From contig JAGIQG010000020.1 in assembly GCA_024679065.1 (NCBI GenBank), forward strand, positions 35,898,001 through 35,962,000: DNA of 64,000 bases, read 5' to 3'. This document shows positions 50,431-64,000 of this stretch, piece by piece. The notes under the pieces were generated by a model. The model ran no database searches, was not told where the DNA came from, and was given only the letters and a program-made list of their open reading frames with translations. The DNA comes from Sphyrna mokarran. Lineage: Eukaryota. Numbering within the stretch: the first letter of the stretch is position 1; the number at the start of each line of letters is the position of its first letter. The translations under genes and the position numbers were made by a program.

Positions 50431-51780
50431 TATATTCACATATATTCACACCCATATCCAGAAAGATCCACTGTACAAGTCAGCAGTTTTGGCACGTTTT
50501 TATCAAAATCCATTTCTATCACAATCAGTTATAGTATCCTAATTGCTGCTTTTAGTGAGAGCATTAAAATCAATCAGGGGTGAATCCTCGTATTTTCTTA
50601 GCGTGTGTAGATCAATGATGAGGAACTGAGTACATACAAAGACTAGTTAGGCCTTAGGGCAGCTGGAAAAGGCTGGATCTGGAAAGCCATAGGGTCTTCT
50701 TAGCTCTTCATTTTAAAATTTTTAGATTCATTTCATCCAATTTATCTGACCATATCTTGAATCAGTCAAGTTAACCTCACCTAGAGACTGCTCTTTGTAT
50801 TGAGAAGTTCCTGGATCCATGAGACCTACATTCAGCTTTCATGAAATTTGGCCAATGCTACTCAGTCTAAAATCCTGGCTTACTTTGACTATCTATATAT
50901 ATAGATATATTTCATGTACATCTCTAAGTTCCTATCTAAATTATCTTCTTTCAAAGCTAAAGGGCCAGTTTTTTTCCCATCTTTACTCTCAATGTTGCGA
51001 TACCAGGGATTAGCCTTGAGATAACTTTCTGTTAAACTCTGGCTACAAAACTGCAACAACAGTAAAAGACGCAATATGAATAAGAACAGTTTTACTTGAT
51101 ATCTTCCAGCTGGTAATCAACAGATATAACAACATTGTTCCATTTTCATTTATTTATTGCTATACCTAATTATTTTACATGTTAAGTATTAACCCTAATT
51201 TTATTTAGACTTCAACTTTAGTCATTTCTATCCCATCCATATTTCTTCCATGTGCAATATATTTATCTATTCAAATTTTATAAAGCACTGTTCTTCACAT
51301 TTTCAAAAAGTATCTGCTCCTTTTGTAAGTTTATCTTTTCTAGGTCAAGTAACTGCTGAGTACTGCATACTTGAGAATGTTATTGGCCCATGATTGCAAT
51401 TATTACACATTTGACATATCAATTTTCCAACATGTTTTTCCACATTAAATATGTTGAAAAACTTAAGACACTGACTCCATCTAGTGGCCAATGTGAATTT
51501 AATAACTTCATTTCCATGCAATTATAACTGAATTTCAACTACCTATGGTTGTGTTTTCTAATCAGTGTTTTGATTATTTCCAGTGAAATTTTACTGAAGC
51601 AAATATATTTTAACAGCTGTCATAGGCTATGGCATGGTAATCATAGATAAATAAACAAGCCAAATGATGCACTCTATCACTCCTTTGCTCCTTAATTCGT
51701 ACAAATCAATTCCCAATTACCACAGGCATGCCAATGTCACCATTTATAAATCAGAAGACAAACTCTTAGAAGTTACTTAA

Positions 51781-52045
51781 GGGCGGCACAGTGTCACAGT
51801 GCTGCTTCACAGTGACAAGGACCTGGGTTCAATTCCGGCCTCAGGTCCCCATGTCTGCGTGGCTTTCTCTGATTGCTCTGGTTTTCTCCCATTGATTGAT
51901 CATGCTAAATCAATCCTAGTGTCAGTGGAATTAGTAGGGTAAATATATATGGGGTTACAGAAATAGGCCCTGCGTGGAATTGTGGTCGGTGCAGGTCAAT
52001 GGACTGAATGCCCTCCTTCTGCAGTGTAGGGATTCTACGATTCTA
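51781..52045 (+). mobile_element. HE1-like V-SINE with internal deletions
   Basis: GGGCGGCACAGTG head, B box GGTTCAATTCC, tail GTGTAGGGATTCTACGATTCTA. Confidence 0.9.
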
Positions 52046-53789
52046 AAAGTCAATAAAGATCAGCCATTGGTTTATAAGCCCAAAGACAGTCCGTGACAAT
52101 ATTTGCTGAGCCATGACAAAGCTCCATGATTTTTAATAGGATAGGATGAGGAGGCTGGCCCAAGTCCACCTCAGTCAGAATGTGATACAAGCCCTTCACG
52201 GCTGGTGTTAATCTAATCCTCACACTAACCATCTAGCCACCTGAGCAAACTGCCCTCAAACTTCATTACTGGATTATGAATTTTTGTAACAAATCAAAGG
52301 TTACTACAAAATATATATTTATTTCATTTGAAAGTGCTGTACAAAAACTTTTAAAAATCATATCCTTTATCATTACATTGCTATACATTATAGTTATTTT
52401 GCCAAAAAGTATTTCTCTGGTAAGAGTGCAATTGCGAGGCAATTAGAAAAAAGCATAACTAATTTATGTTTATTTAACACCTTTTATGACCTGAGAACAT
52501 GCAAATATTTATATAACTTGTTTACATTTTTCAAGGTATTTTGTGAAGACATTGCTATCTAGTAAGAAAAAAACTCTACCAAGACATATTAATGATATCC
52601 AAAAATTTGGGCAGTTTATTTCTCTAATTTCAAAAGATGTGCTTTGACCAGTTTCAAAGCTATTTTTTAAATTTTAAACTATTCGGTAGTACCAATATGA
52701 TAAAAGTGGAAGTGAGTGTAATTTTTGTTACATTGTCTAACATTGGCCTGCATCTATTGAATTTTCTCCAAGACAGGATCTGCTTTAAAAAGTATTCCTA
52801 TTTCTTTTAAAAAAGAGATATCAAACCAATTTTCTTGTAACTAGCCAATCCCAAAAAGCAATTCTGTTCATCAGTGCAATACCAAGTTGATTGACATTGC
52901 TCTGTCTCAGATCACTATACATGGACTGCCATGTTTATCAATGCCAATCACTTTGGCCCTATATTCATCATTTTACCTCAACATCTATTGATCTATTCAA
53001 CAATTCCCTCACATCCACTTTTGTTTCCAGCAAAACTTTTGCTCTCTCCCATTCCCCTTGATCTATTCTCTATCCTGCATTCCACTTCCCTCAGACCTCT
53101 CTGAACTTTCTGTCCTTAGCTTTCTGTTCCAGTGAAGCTCAGTACAAGCTCAAGAACAAAATCTTATCTTTCCAATAATCAATTCACGGACTTCCAACCT
53201 TAACAATGTACTCAACAAATTTTGATCTAAATTACAACTTCCATATTCTCTTGAACTTTCTGTCACCATTTACAGGTCTGCTAGATAATCTGTTTATATG
53301 TTCTTCCATTAAAAGAGCCTTTTGCCTTGTACCATCGTCCCTTTTGTCATGCAATCACTCCTGTCTTTTAGTCTATCACAAAGCTTTCACCGCCCCATCG
53401 CTCTACATCCTCCCCTTCTCCACCACCAGCTTTTCCTGGCTATGTATTTGCTTTAAATACATGGTTTATCACCAGTATTGCCAGGTGATGGTGATAGATC
53501 ATTGACCTGAAATATTAACCCTGACTTCCTGAGTGTTTTCAGGATTTTTAAAAAATCCGTATTTTCACTGCCTGAATTCTAAAGGAATCAGCTCAACTTG
53601 TTTATGTATGGCCATTCATCAACAGATCTATGACATATCTAGTGCAATTTTCCTCACTGCTGCTAAAACTATCTATTACTTCAGGATTGTGCTAAACTTA
53701 AAGGACAAACCCCAATTCTTTTCTACTATTATCATGATAAATCCCTCCACTCTTATTTCCAACAATTGAAAGTTTATAGATTGTGTTGC

Positions 53790-54665
53790 CACTAAGATTG
53801 AGACCATCTGTTCAACTGCTCAGTACTCTAATTCCTTTGTTCTAAATCGACAATTTTTCCTATTTTCCTTAAGTCAAGCTAATCTTAATAATGGCACCCC
53901 CTTCCTGGTCCTTGACTCCATTCCCACAACTACTGACCAAAAAGCCTTTGTGGTGCATATGACACCTGACATTGTAAATGATTCCATGTCAGCACTGTTC
54001 CTCTTTCCCTTTCTGAACTGCTGTCAATGTCTCAACCTCAGTAAGTTTTTGAACATGTATCTCTCAAATCTGTGCCTGTGACCATGATTTAGGCTTCTGC
54101 TCCATTTGCTATACATCTTGTAGGACAGTAGCATCAACCTGCATGACATGGCCCAACTCTGCCTCATCCCATGTCACTTACATCCTCAGCTTTGTCACCT
54201 TCAGACTCAAATTTTCCAATGCTTTTCTGGCTAAGCTCAAGCTAACCCAATCTCTTTACTCTGTTGCTCATATGCTATCATTGCTGATTTATATTGGTTC
54301 CAAACCCTCCAACATTTTCAATCTAAAATTCTCATTGTGTGTGTTTCCCTACATAACCTCAGTATTTCCTTTCTTTCTAACCTTCTCCACTTCCATAACA
54401 ATAACTATCCCATTTCATATCTCTTGTGAATTACCCTTTTGTGAACATTTGCTACAGTGGTTTCAGTTGCCTGGACCGTATGCTTTGGAGTTCCCTCCCG
54501 CACCCCACTGTTTCTCCACCTTCCTCCTCAAAATGAAACTCATCAAATTTTTGTTCATTCCTCCTACTATTTCTTTTCTTGGATCAGCATTCGTATTTCT
54601 CTGATTATGCCTTTGCAAAGCGTTTTGCAATGATTCTACATTAAGGATGCTGTATATATGTAAGT
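53790..54665 (+). mobile_element. Highly decayed L2-type LINE
   Basis: Remnant LADLYW (L2 L.SLHWLP region) and L2-like end CTACATTAAGGATGCTGTATATATGTAAGT. Confidence 0.5.
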
Positions 54666-55644
54666 ACTAGCAATGTGACTGATAAGATTTCTCAACTATA
54701 AATGAAATACGGAACGCAAAAATGGCTGATTTCATAACAATATTTTAAAAAGAATGTAGAAACACTGACATTTAATGTTGAATATTATTCATATATTAAT
54801 ACAGGGTATTTGTACAATCAGATAACTTATCAAGACTAAAACAAAGCTACCTGAACTGTGTATTTTGTTGTATGATTAAATATGCTTCAGACAGAAGTTG
54901 AATGAATGGATGAACTTGTAAAAAATTTTAAAGGCACACAATCAGATCTTCTTCTTCCCTATCCCTGCAAATTCTTTACATTTGAGCATAAATACTTGAG
55001 ATCCAGAGCCTGTAGTTCCTAAGAGCTAAAGAAATGATTTGTAAATTTTGCTAGTAGATCATCTTGAAAGTGCTATAGAGCCTTTGTGTCTGAGGGCAGA
55101 GGAGCAGTCAGATATTATAGTGGAAGGACGGGGAGGGGAAATATCAATGTTGAAATTATTGTGGGGTGGCTCAGGGTGAAACAGTCATTGTTGTGGGGAT
55201 AGAAAGTTAACTGACCATGAGAATCTGTATGCATTGAGGTAAGCTTGTTAGCACTGGAGGAAATATTCATCTTCTATCTGGCCTTCAAGCAGTACAATAA
55301 AGGCATTACACCAAAGATCCAGTTTCTCTCACCTTGTGAATTACCAATGCCCAAGAATCCCAAATTCCACGTGTGAAAATAAAAATGCAATTCAGGCACA
55401 AAACTTCATTAACTTATTTCAGTGACTAAACTGGGAGTAGTTTGGTTATCAGACCCAGGTTATCAGAGTTATTTGGTTATAGACTTGCTTCTATTAAAAT
55501 TCAAGTGTGCAGATTGGGGTTAGTTTTGGGAGTTTGAATTATTTTACTTCCCAACCCACCTCCATGCACTTCTCATTGGCAGGGGATTTAAAACTTCAAC
55601 TTCGCAGTATATATATAATATATTGTATATGTATTACAGAAAAG

Positions 55645-55925
55645 TTTATTTATTAGTCATAAGTAGGTTTACATCAATAATGCAATAAAGTTATCGTGAA
55701 AATCCCCTAGTCATCACACTTCAGCTCCTGTTAGGGTCTTCTGAGAGAGAATTTAGCATGGAAAAGCACCGAATTAGCCTTTCGGACTGTGGGATGAAAT
55801 CAAAGCACCTGGAAGAAACCCGTGCAGACACGGGAGAATGTGCAAACTCCACACAGCCAGTGACTCAAGCCAGGAACCAAACCCAGGTGCTGTGAGGCAG
55901 CAGTGCTAACCATTTTGCCATCCCA
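55645..55925 (-). mobile_element. HE1-like V-SINE
   Basis: GGAAGAAACCCGTGCAGACACGGGAGAATGTGCAAACTCCACACAG and GCTGTGAGGCAGCAGTGCTAACCA. Confidence 0.9.
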
Positions 55926-55989
55926 GAAAAGGGGCCATAATGTGACTTGTCAAATGCAGAACTAGCAAACAGAATTGTTGAGTCGGACC

Positions 55990-56250
55990 TCACATCAAGG
56001 ATAAACTTTTAAAACTGAGGTGAGAGTGATAAATGTGTGGAATTCACTACCACAGAAAGTAAGTGAGGCCAAAGTATATGATTTCAAGAAAAAAATAAAT
56101 ATAGCTCTTGGGGCTAAAGAGATCAAGGGATATTGAGGGAAAGAGAGCTCAGGATATTGAATTTGATGATCAGTCATGATCAAAATGAATGACAGAGCTG
56201 GCTCAGAGTTGGAACTGTCTACTTCTGCTTCTGATTTCTATGTTTCTATC
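55990..56250 (+). mobile_element. CR1 3' end fragment
   Basis: AGAGTGATAAATGTGTGGAATTCACTACCACAG (RV.NVWNSLP) and tail TTCTATGTTTCTA. Confidence 0.75.
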
Positions 56251-56583
56251 ACAGCAGACTTGCAACCTTCTTCCAAGTTTCCACACTGTGCTAGTCACAA
56301 AAGCACACAAAAGAACAGCCTAAAGCAAAGTTATTTACTTCTGAAGATTTGCAACCACATTAATTGGGGAAGTGTAGCCACAACCAAGTCTTCCATGCCA
56401 GATTACATTGGAGCATCAGTGACACATCACCAGGAAGACAGTTCAAGAGTAGTATTTTCAGAGACTCTGGAACTAGTTGATTAAAATGTTAATGTATGCA
56501 ATTTCTGGTTCTGGTTACATGTTAAAACAGTCAAATTAAAATGCAGGAAAGAGTGGAAAGGAAGTAAATTGATTACAAATCTA

Positions 56584-56920
56584 TCATAGAAACCTTATAG
56601 TGCAGAAGGAGGCCATTTGGCCCATTGAGTCTGCACCAACCACAATCCTACCCAGGTCCTACCTCCACATCCCTACATATTTACCTGATAATCCCTCTAA
56701 CCTATGCATCTCAGAACTCTAAAGGGCAATTTTTAGCATGGCCAATCAACCTAACCAGCACATCTTTGGACTGTGGGACGAAATCGAAGCACATGGAAGA
56801 AACCTATGCAGATGTGAGGAGAATGTGCAAACTCCACACAGACAGTGACCTGAGCCAGGAATCAAAGCCAGGTACCTGGAGCTGTGAAGCAGCAGTGCTA
56901 ACCACTGTGCTACTGTGCTA
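56584..56920 (-). mobile_element. HE1-like V-SINE, near full length
   Basis: Complete tRNA head, V-domain and LINE-like tail on the minus strand. Confidence 0.9.
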
Positions 56921-59077
56921 TCAAATTGTGAAACTGTGCAATCTCCAAAAATTGCTATCAGCTTAGGTAAGGCATTGATGGCAAATGCTGTCAGTTTTGC
57001 TATCATTATCATTGCAATAATGTGAACAATTTGTTTGCTTGATTTCCAACAAACTCCATAGCACTTGAGGCAGGTTTATTCCAATTGAAGAACTGTATTT
57101 GAAAGATGTATTTGAAAGTAACTGGCATGGAATCTGTCATCAGTTGTGATGTGACAGCAGTTTTTACTGACTTCAAAGTAAGTTGTCCAAAAGTATCTAG
57201 TAATATTTGTGATGCAGTTTTCCTTTTTCCTGAGGTTACTTTAATTCCAGCATCAATCAAATGGTACACCTAGCATCCAATAATAGTGATGCAGTGATGT
57301 TTTCAAGCTAGCTAAGCACCCAATCACATTGAAACATTCTCACAGACAGAAATATAAACCATCATTTTTTAAAATATTATACAGAAAGTAGAATAAAATC
57401 TTTGGACACACATGGGATGAAGGAAAAAGCTGAAGTATATTTAAAAATATTTTTAATCTATGGAATTTTTGTCATACATAAAGATTTGACATTCTGCATA
57501 TATAAAATTTATTTTTTAGAGTCACAGATATTGTTTAGCTTAAATTATACATTTAGTGCACACTAAAAATACAGTTATCCCTCATGCAGCTACAACTTAA
57601 TTTTTTCAAGGATTTTTACAATAAGACTAATAATGTAAAAAATGGAAGTTCACATCAAATCAGTGATTGCGAAAATAGAAGACTACAACAGCAAACCTCT
57701 GTGAGAAAGCACTGAATTATTGATAGTAGCTCTGGATTTTCACATTTAACTGCACAAGTACAGCCTCCAGAAATTGGAACAATGGCAGCAACTTCAAATA
57801 TCTGAAGTAGGATATCACAATTATTGCAAAATCTGGAAAAGATTAATGTTCAGCAAATTACAAAGCCAAGTTCTTATGGTTTCCTTATTAGGAGACCCAA
57901 TTTCTTTGTAGGTGGATGTGAATTTAGGCATCAGGCTGTTTTAAGATTTGACAGCCTCCATGTTCTGAAAAGCAAAACATGACATAGCATTTTCCTACAT
58001 CTATTGTTTCTTGTGGCGGTCCCTGATGCTGTGAGACAGCAATGCTTACCACGGAGCCACCCCAAAAGCTAAAAACCATTGCTCTATCATGGAGATAGAT
58101 GATGGCTCTTCACACCCGCTTGCAGATAATTAAATCCATTGATTCTGAGTTTTGTGTACACCAGAAAAATGAGAGTCGTTGAATTCTACAAAAGAGTGCT
58201 ACACAGCACATTCAAGTAGGAGTCTTCCTGCTCAGGATAGCTCAGTTAGGAATTTTCCAGAAGTTTGATATCGTCTGTTGAATTTGCAAAAGTTGCATGA
58301 CCCTTGGCAGCTATCTAAAGCATCTGGCTAGTGTCCATTTAAAAAAAACAACTGTTCCGGAAGCTTCCATACATGTACAGCGTCTGTTTAAACTGATGAC
58401 AACGACATGCCTTCATTGGGCATAATAGTGTAAAGTACAAACAAAATGGTGAGAAAGTATTGATTTACTGGTGGGAGAAAGTAAAGGAAGAAATTCATTT
58501 AACTTTTGAAATGACATTTCTATCATGACCTTGGCAAGGACATTAACAAGATGGACTTGTAGTTGTTTGTTTCTTAGTATTTCTATTCAAGGACAGCTGC
58601 CTCTTATCTGCAGTCTTAGTTGTCATTGTTGCAATTTCCGGATATCTTTCTTTGTGTCTGTTGTAAGATTTTGTGTATAGGTCTTATGAAAAGATCCTGA
58701 GACTTGTATAGTTTGGCAATAGATTTTTATTAACTACTTGTAACTATACACATATATACAATATAAAGTCTAAGCTAGGAGCTGTCTCCATGTCAGACCC
58801 TTATAAAACAATGTCCAGTGCAAAAGTACATGTTTATCGGCAAGTCCTTATTTCCTTTGAATCAAAATTTAACCCCATGTGCCAGCTATACTGGGAAACA
58901 GGTCACAAGCTATACAATTAACCCAAAAGTTCATGTTAAAATATTAAAAGTGAAGATTCTTAATAAAAAAAACTGCTGAAAATACTCAGCAGTTCTGGCA
59001 GCATGTGTGGAGAGTAAAAAGTTAACATTTCAGAGTTGATGACCTTTGATCAAAACTGAAGAAAGATAAAAATGTTA

Positions 59078-62000
59078 GCATAAATTTTTATCCTTGGAGT
59101 GCACCTGAAGTTGGTGAAGCCAGAAGTGGATGTAAAACCCCCTCGCAACCAAGATCGCATTGTTGATACGACATTACACTGAGTGGCCAATTAAGGCCAA
59201 CTCAACATGAATCTCTCTGCTGATTGGGTTTGCACTGCACTGGGGGATGGAAATGTGTTGGATGCCGAGTCCAAATCAGATCTGGTGAGGGAGGTTTAAA
59301 ATTAGAAGCAACCATGAATTTTGGAAAAGGCTGAGGGAGCTCCTGGAAGAATTTCAATAACTGCCCCTGTTCTGCCATGGCCTCAAACCCTGCTGCTCAT
59401 GGAAGACAGGAGGAGTGCCTGGAATACCTGGTTATTGTCAGGTGGCAAATTATTGTGAAATATCACGGGCTTCTATAATCAGAGAGTGAATGGCCACAGC
59501 CAGAGTGCCCATTGAAGCTTCAATGTAGATGGCACCATGCAGCCAGACCCCATTGTCTCCTCAGCCTCCCTAGCATGTATAGGCACTATGATAATTCGAT
59601 TTATTGATCTCTTCCATGCCTTCTGCAAATGTGCCATCTGCAGGAGATGCTGGCAAATCTGAAGACTCTGTTAAGCTCCCAGGAAGACATCACTCCGGTA
59701 CTAAGGTCACATCCTCTTTCAGAACCAGAACCACTGCAGATCATCACACATCAGTGGATGTTAGATGGTTAGGTCAATAAATAGGGAAAAGTGGTGAGGG
59801 AAACATGGCACTCTTGATAGAGGCAGAGCTTTCAGGATACCAACAGTGGACGCACTACTGGAGAAGAGACCATACTAGTCAGAGGCAAGTGACAAGCCTC
59901 TGGAGACAAACATCAGGCAGCAGATGCCTTAAGTCTAGCGAAATGTGCAGGGACAACATGAGAACTGCATTGACCCCGAGCACCAAGCGCACATAGTCTT
60001 TCATTGAGAAGTTGTGACTCTTGCAGAGAGGTTGGCTCAAGGGCACCCTCGGAGATTCCAAGAGTCTTGTTCTGACCTGAAAGATAGCGCAACAGCTGTG
60101 ACCTCTGGAGGTCACTGTTATTGTGAGAGATGAATGAGGCTCCAAGTCTCTCTGTTAGGTGCCTGGCCATCAATGATGAGCAGGGAGGTGTAGACACACC
60201 TCACACTAGCAAAAAAAGCTATCTGTCTCTGGATGAGTGCGGCAGCTCTTCCACCCCTTTGCCAGCAGCTGACAATATTGCAATATCTAAGGATTGCCCA
60301 GCTATGGGACTGGATGCTCCTTTCCAGCTAGTGGCCAGAAACCACCTGCCAAGGTCAAGACAGCTACCATGACAATAAAGTGAGCAGGCTATCAGATTGT
60401 CTCCAATGCCTTTGCCGGAGAGATGGAGGTACCAAGGCATAGCATCCATTGGCATAAATTTAAGGAACTTTAAGAGGACTGTCACAGGTGACATTACTTG
60501 TGTTCATTACTTTAAATTTTCTATTAGTTTGGCACATTTATAGGCTGTTCTTATGTTAAGTCACATAAATATTTTCCTGAATTCACCGAACTGAGTTGGC
60601 TGTGTGCATTGTAACTTGGCTAATTGTTTTACAAACTGATAAACTGAGAGCTTTGTGTAGTGCAACATTCATGGGCTTGGCTCTTAAAGGAAGTTTTGTT
60701 GTGAGTGGGACATTGTCATGGGATTGTATCAGCTTCCCTGCCTTGGATATCAAGTCAAAGTTCACTGAAACGATGCATCCCTCATGTCCCTGCCTGCCTG
60801 AATGTTCATATTGTACACCTCGAAATCTGCATATTGTGCAATTCCAGGCTCATCCTCACACTCTTCACTAGATTCATCTTTCCAGGCCTGTGATCCTACT
60901 GTGTTCTCCTCAGTCTCCATTGAGTCCCCACTTGTCAGAGCTAGATTGTGCAGAACATAAGGGAGGCATGTTTTGGAAGATACTGCAATGAGCCCCCAAA
61001 TTGGTCAAGGGATTGGAAGCACATCATGAACAGCCCAGTGGTCCTGTCTACCACCACTTTTGGATGCATAACTCCTGTTACATTTCTGCTCTGTCTCAGA
61101 TTTTAGGTGACGAAGTGGGGTGAACAGCCACATCCTTAAGAGAAAGTGCTGTCATCCAAGAGGCATCCATCCAGTCTTGCAGGAGACTCAGACAGCCTTG
61201 GTGTGAGGGAATGCCACAAGATGTATGAATCATGTGAGCTCCCTGGATAATGGGCATATACTTGCAGAATCTGTGTTCTGTGGTCACAACAACTTGTACC
61301 TTCACTGAGTGGTAAAATGTTGATAAAAGCCCCTGGCTCTTCTGCTGATGCCCTGATTGTCACATGTGTGCAATCTAAAGCACTCTTGATATGAGGAAAT
61401 CCAACAATTGCCTCAAACTCTCATGCCCAATTTGCCTGGCTGTCTTCATCTGTAGTTGATGAAATTGTAAGAATGTTCTGAAGATTACGTCAGTTATTAG
61501 TTTGACACAACTGTGTGTGGCTGATTGAGAGATGTACACCCAGATCCCCCACTGATCCTGAAATGAACTGGAGATGAAAAAGTTGACAGATGTTGTGAGC
61601 TTCAACTTCACCAGCATGGGATGACCCCCCCAGGTAGTTGGGGGCAATTGCAGGACCTATCATGTCACAAATTGATGTTACTGTGTCCATAGAAAAGCGG
61701 AGCCTTCTGCAGCACTGGACCTCAGACATCTGAAAGTAGTTGGTATGCTGTTTGTACATTCTAGCTGCTGACTAATGGTGACTTTGGCATCCTGTCCTAT
61801 CCTGTTGGTCCTGCATCAATTCAGCAGATGCCTCTCCTCTTAAAAATCTCTCTGCCTGGGATGCAGTGTGCACTCACCTTGTGCCATTACCCTCCTCTTC
61901 ATAGGAGGTCCCATCTGCAGAGTACACCATTCCTACTGGATTAGATGCAGAGGACCAGTGCCTTACAAATGATGGAACATTGTCCTCCAATCCTCAAGTA

Positions 62001-62428
62001 AACTTTCCAGGTCATTCTGAAATGATGAAAGTCATACCTTAGTGTTAAATAATAACCAGGAAATTCAAAATAAATTAAATACTCACACAGCTACAAAGAC
62101 TATCACAGAAAAACTGCTAATGATCTGAGAGCCTCTTATCTTGCCCTTGGGTAAGAAATGTTAAAAATCTAATGGACGTTTTCCCATTTTCTCCTTGTAA
62201 AAGCTCAAAATTGTATGGGCAGCATAAAATTAGAAGTTGATCGAACTTCTAATGGCTTAATTGGCCCTTTAATTGTCAACAAGCATGCTTCTGACTCACA
62301 CATATGCTTACCCAATCTCAAAATTGCATGTGTGTTGATGACATTGGGAAGTCTGATGTCTTCTCGGGAGATTTTACAGATGTCCAGGTCCAGCATGTGT
62401 CCAGCCCAGACAAGTAAAATATTGGCCC
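59078..62428. mobile_element. Degenerate Harbinger/PIF DNA transposon (second copy or family)
   Basis: Contains a transposase relic. Subterminal TGGCCAATTAAGGCCA (~59184) mirrors TGGCTTAATTGGCC (~62253). Right end GTAAAATATTGGCCC. Confidence 0.65.
60930..61765 (-). pseudogene. Harbinger (HARBI1-like) DDE transposase relic
   Basis: Peptides MSEVQCCRRLRFS, SSFQ..ISQSATHSCVK, DCTHVTIR, CDHRTQILQVYAHYPGSSHDSYIL and LLDDSTF, split over frameshifts. Confidence 0.9.
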
Positions 62429-64000
62429 ATAAAAATTTTGAGCCAATAGAAAGGGAATGAGAAGAACAGACAGGATGGTCTGTACTAGGGTGTGGAGACA
62501 GGAGAGATGACTAACAAAAGATTTCATGGTGCAAAAGGAAAAAAGAATGATAAGGGATATAGTAAAGAAAGAAAGGTTGTGTTCAGATGAAACATGGATA
62601 CAGTAACCATTTGAATGCAACCTGACGAGATAAAAAAAGAAACAAGCCAACAAAAACAAAAAAAAACAGAAGATGGAGGTAGAGATTATGATCTAAAGTT
62701 GTTGAGCTCCAGAAAACCGAAAAGTGCTGAAACGAAAGCTGAGGTTATGTTTCTTGACTTTACATTGACCTTCACTGGAACATATAGCAGGCAATGGACG
62801 GAAAGGTCAAAATGAGAGCAAAGTAAAGAATGAAAATTTAAAGATTCTGAAGATGTGAAATTGAACAGAACTCTCTTTTATTTCGTCAGATTGTAGGAAT
62901 CTGAGGGGTTGATTTTCATCCTATCTAGTTTACATCTAAAGATGGGATTGATTAAAATCACAGAAGAAGCTAATCAGGGGAGGTCCTACCAATCTAATTT
63001 TCACATAGATGTTAATTTAGCCAACCAGAGCTCTTGTGAGAAATAAGTAAAAAGATTTCTCTAAAATGTACAAATCGCTATGAAATGGCAGTTAGCTTTG
63101 AGGCATAATTTTAGTAGCTATTCACATTACTACCATTAGGTACACAATCCACTCATAAACCATGGACAATATCAGTTATGATTTAAAGGTCTCCTCTTTG
63201 GATCTCAGCTAAAATGATGCAAACGTCTAGAAAACTCTTTGCTAGTATCAGGTGATTTCTATTTTGGAATTAGACTGTATTGCTAAGAACCAATGGCAAC
63301 AAATAACCTTTTAAAAGAAATTTGAATGCCCAGTGACAACTGTAAAGAAATTGCGTGACAAGCTTTTTAAGTTTTACTGGAACAATCTAAAGGCAACATT
63401 GACTAAATGCAATTTCACAGGCAAAGTATAGTCTGAACTGCAGAAAAAATCCCTTGTTGTTTTAATGTAGTATGATGGAAATGTTCCTCCAAAGTTACAC
63501 TTCATTCTGACTTTATTCTCCTGAAACAAGTCCAAAGTGATTCTTAACTCCTCTTTCCTATTCTAGCCAAATAACTTCTTCTCCATTAATTGACTTTCAT
63601 GGCATGGATTATGCTGATGATTTCTTTTCCTAGCCGAAGATAGCTGAATCATCCAACTTCGTTTAAACACTCATGACCTTGATCTCTTCAATCTAAGCAT
63701 GAGATCCCACACATTCTTGCATGCTAAACTTTCTGCTTCTATCTCTTGGCTCTCACTCTTTCTCTCTGAAATTCTTGGAAATTAGCTTTGACGTTCAGTG
63801 ATAAATTTTGGAGAATCGATAACCCAATCTTACAATGGCTTCTTATGGCTTATTCCCCTTGCAAAGCTCATTTTCTGACAACTTGAGTGCATAGAATATA
63901 CCTGTAATAATTTCCTCGAACAGTAATGGAACCTACAAGAGAGCAAGTATCCCAGTTCTGTGTAATGAGACAGGAAAAATTAATAATCTCAAAGTTAGGG

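Noticed and set aside
51781-51850. tRNA genes at SINE heads
   Set aside because: No complete cloverleaf; each runs into a V-domain and LINE tail.
54143-54604. 153-aa hydrophobic ORF
   Set aside because: Falls within a pyrimidine-rich decayed L2-like element, with no splice or homology support.
60930-61765. Domesticated HARBI1 gene
   Set aside because: Multiple frameshifts and stops, and TIR-like ends; a transposon relic.

Overview
AT-rich, repeat-dense vertebrate genomic DNA. The repeat set (HE1/V-SINEs, Deu-domain SINEs, CR1, L2, Rex1, Penelope-like and Harbinger relics) points to a shark or other cartilaginous fish; this is inference. One host gene is recognisable: a CpG-island promoter (~49.4-49.7 kb) and a 17-codon first coding exon of smoothelin (SMTN, minus strand, 48967-49017). 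No further SMTN exon was recognised, so 1-48966 is probably a single large intron. The standout feature is a young, 5'-truncated R2-type retrotransposon (22453-25864, minus) with an uninterrupted 860-codon ORF covering RT, CCHC knuckle and restriction-like endonuclease. It sits outside rDNA, inside an old LINE fragment. Its 3' junction reads TAGC, like the 28S target. Its ~840-nt structured 3' UTR contains a tRNA/V-domain SINE core and ends in a predicted H-type pseudoknot. Also notable is a 323-bp foldback Penelope-derived element with a 12-bp TSD and a minimal hammerhead ribozyme on each strand. Repeat boundaries were read by eye and are approximate unless motifs are quoted.
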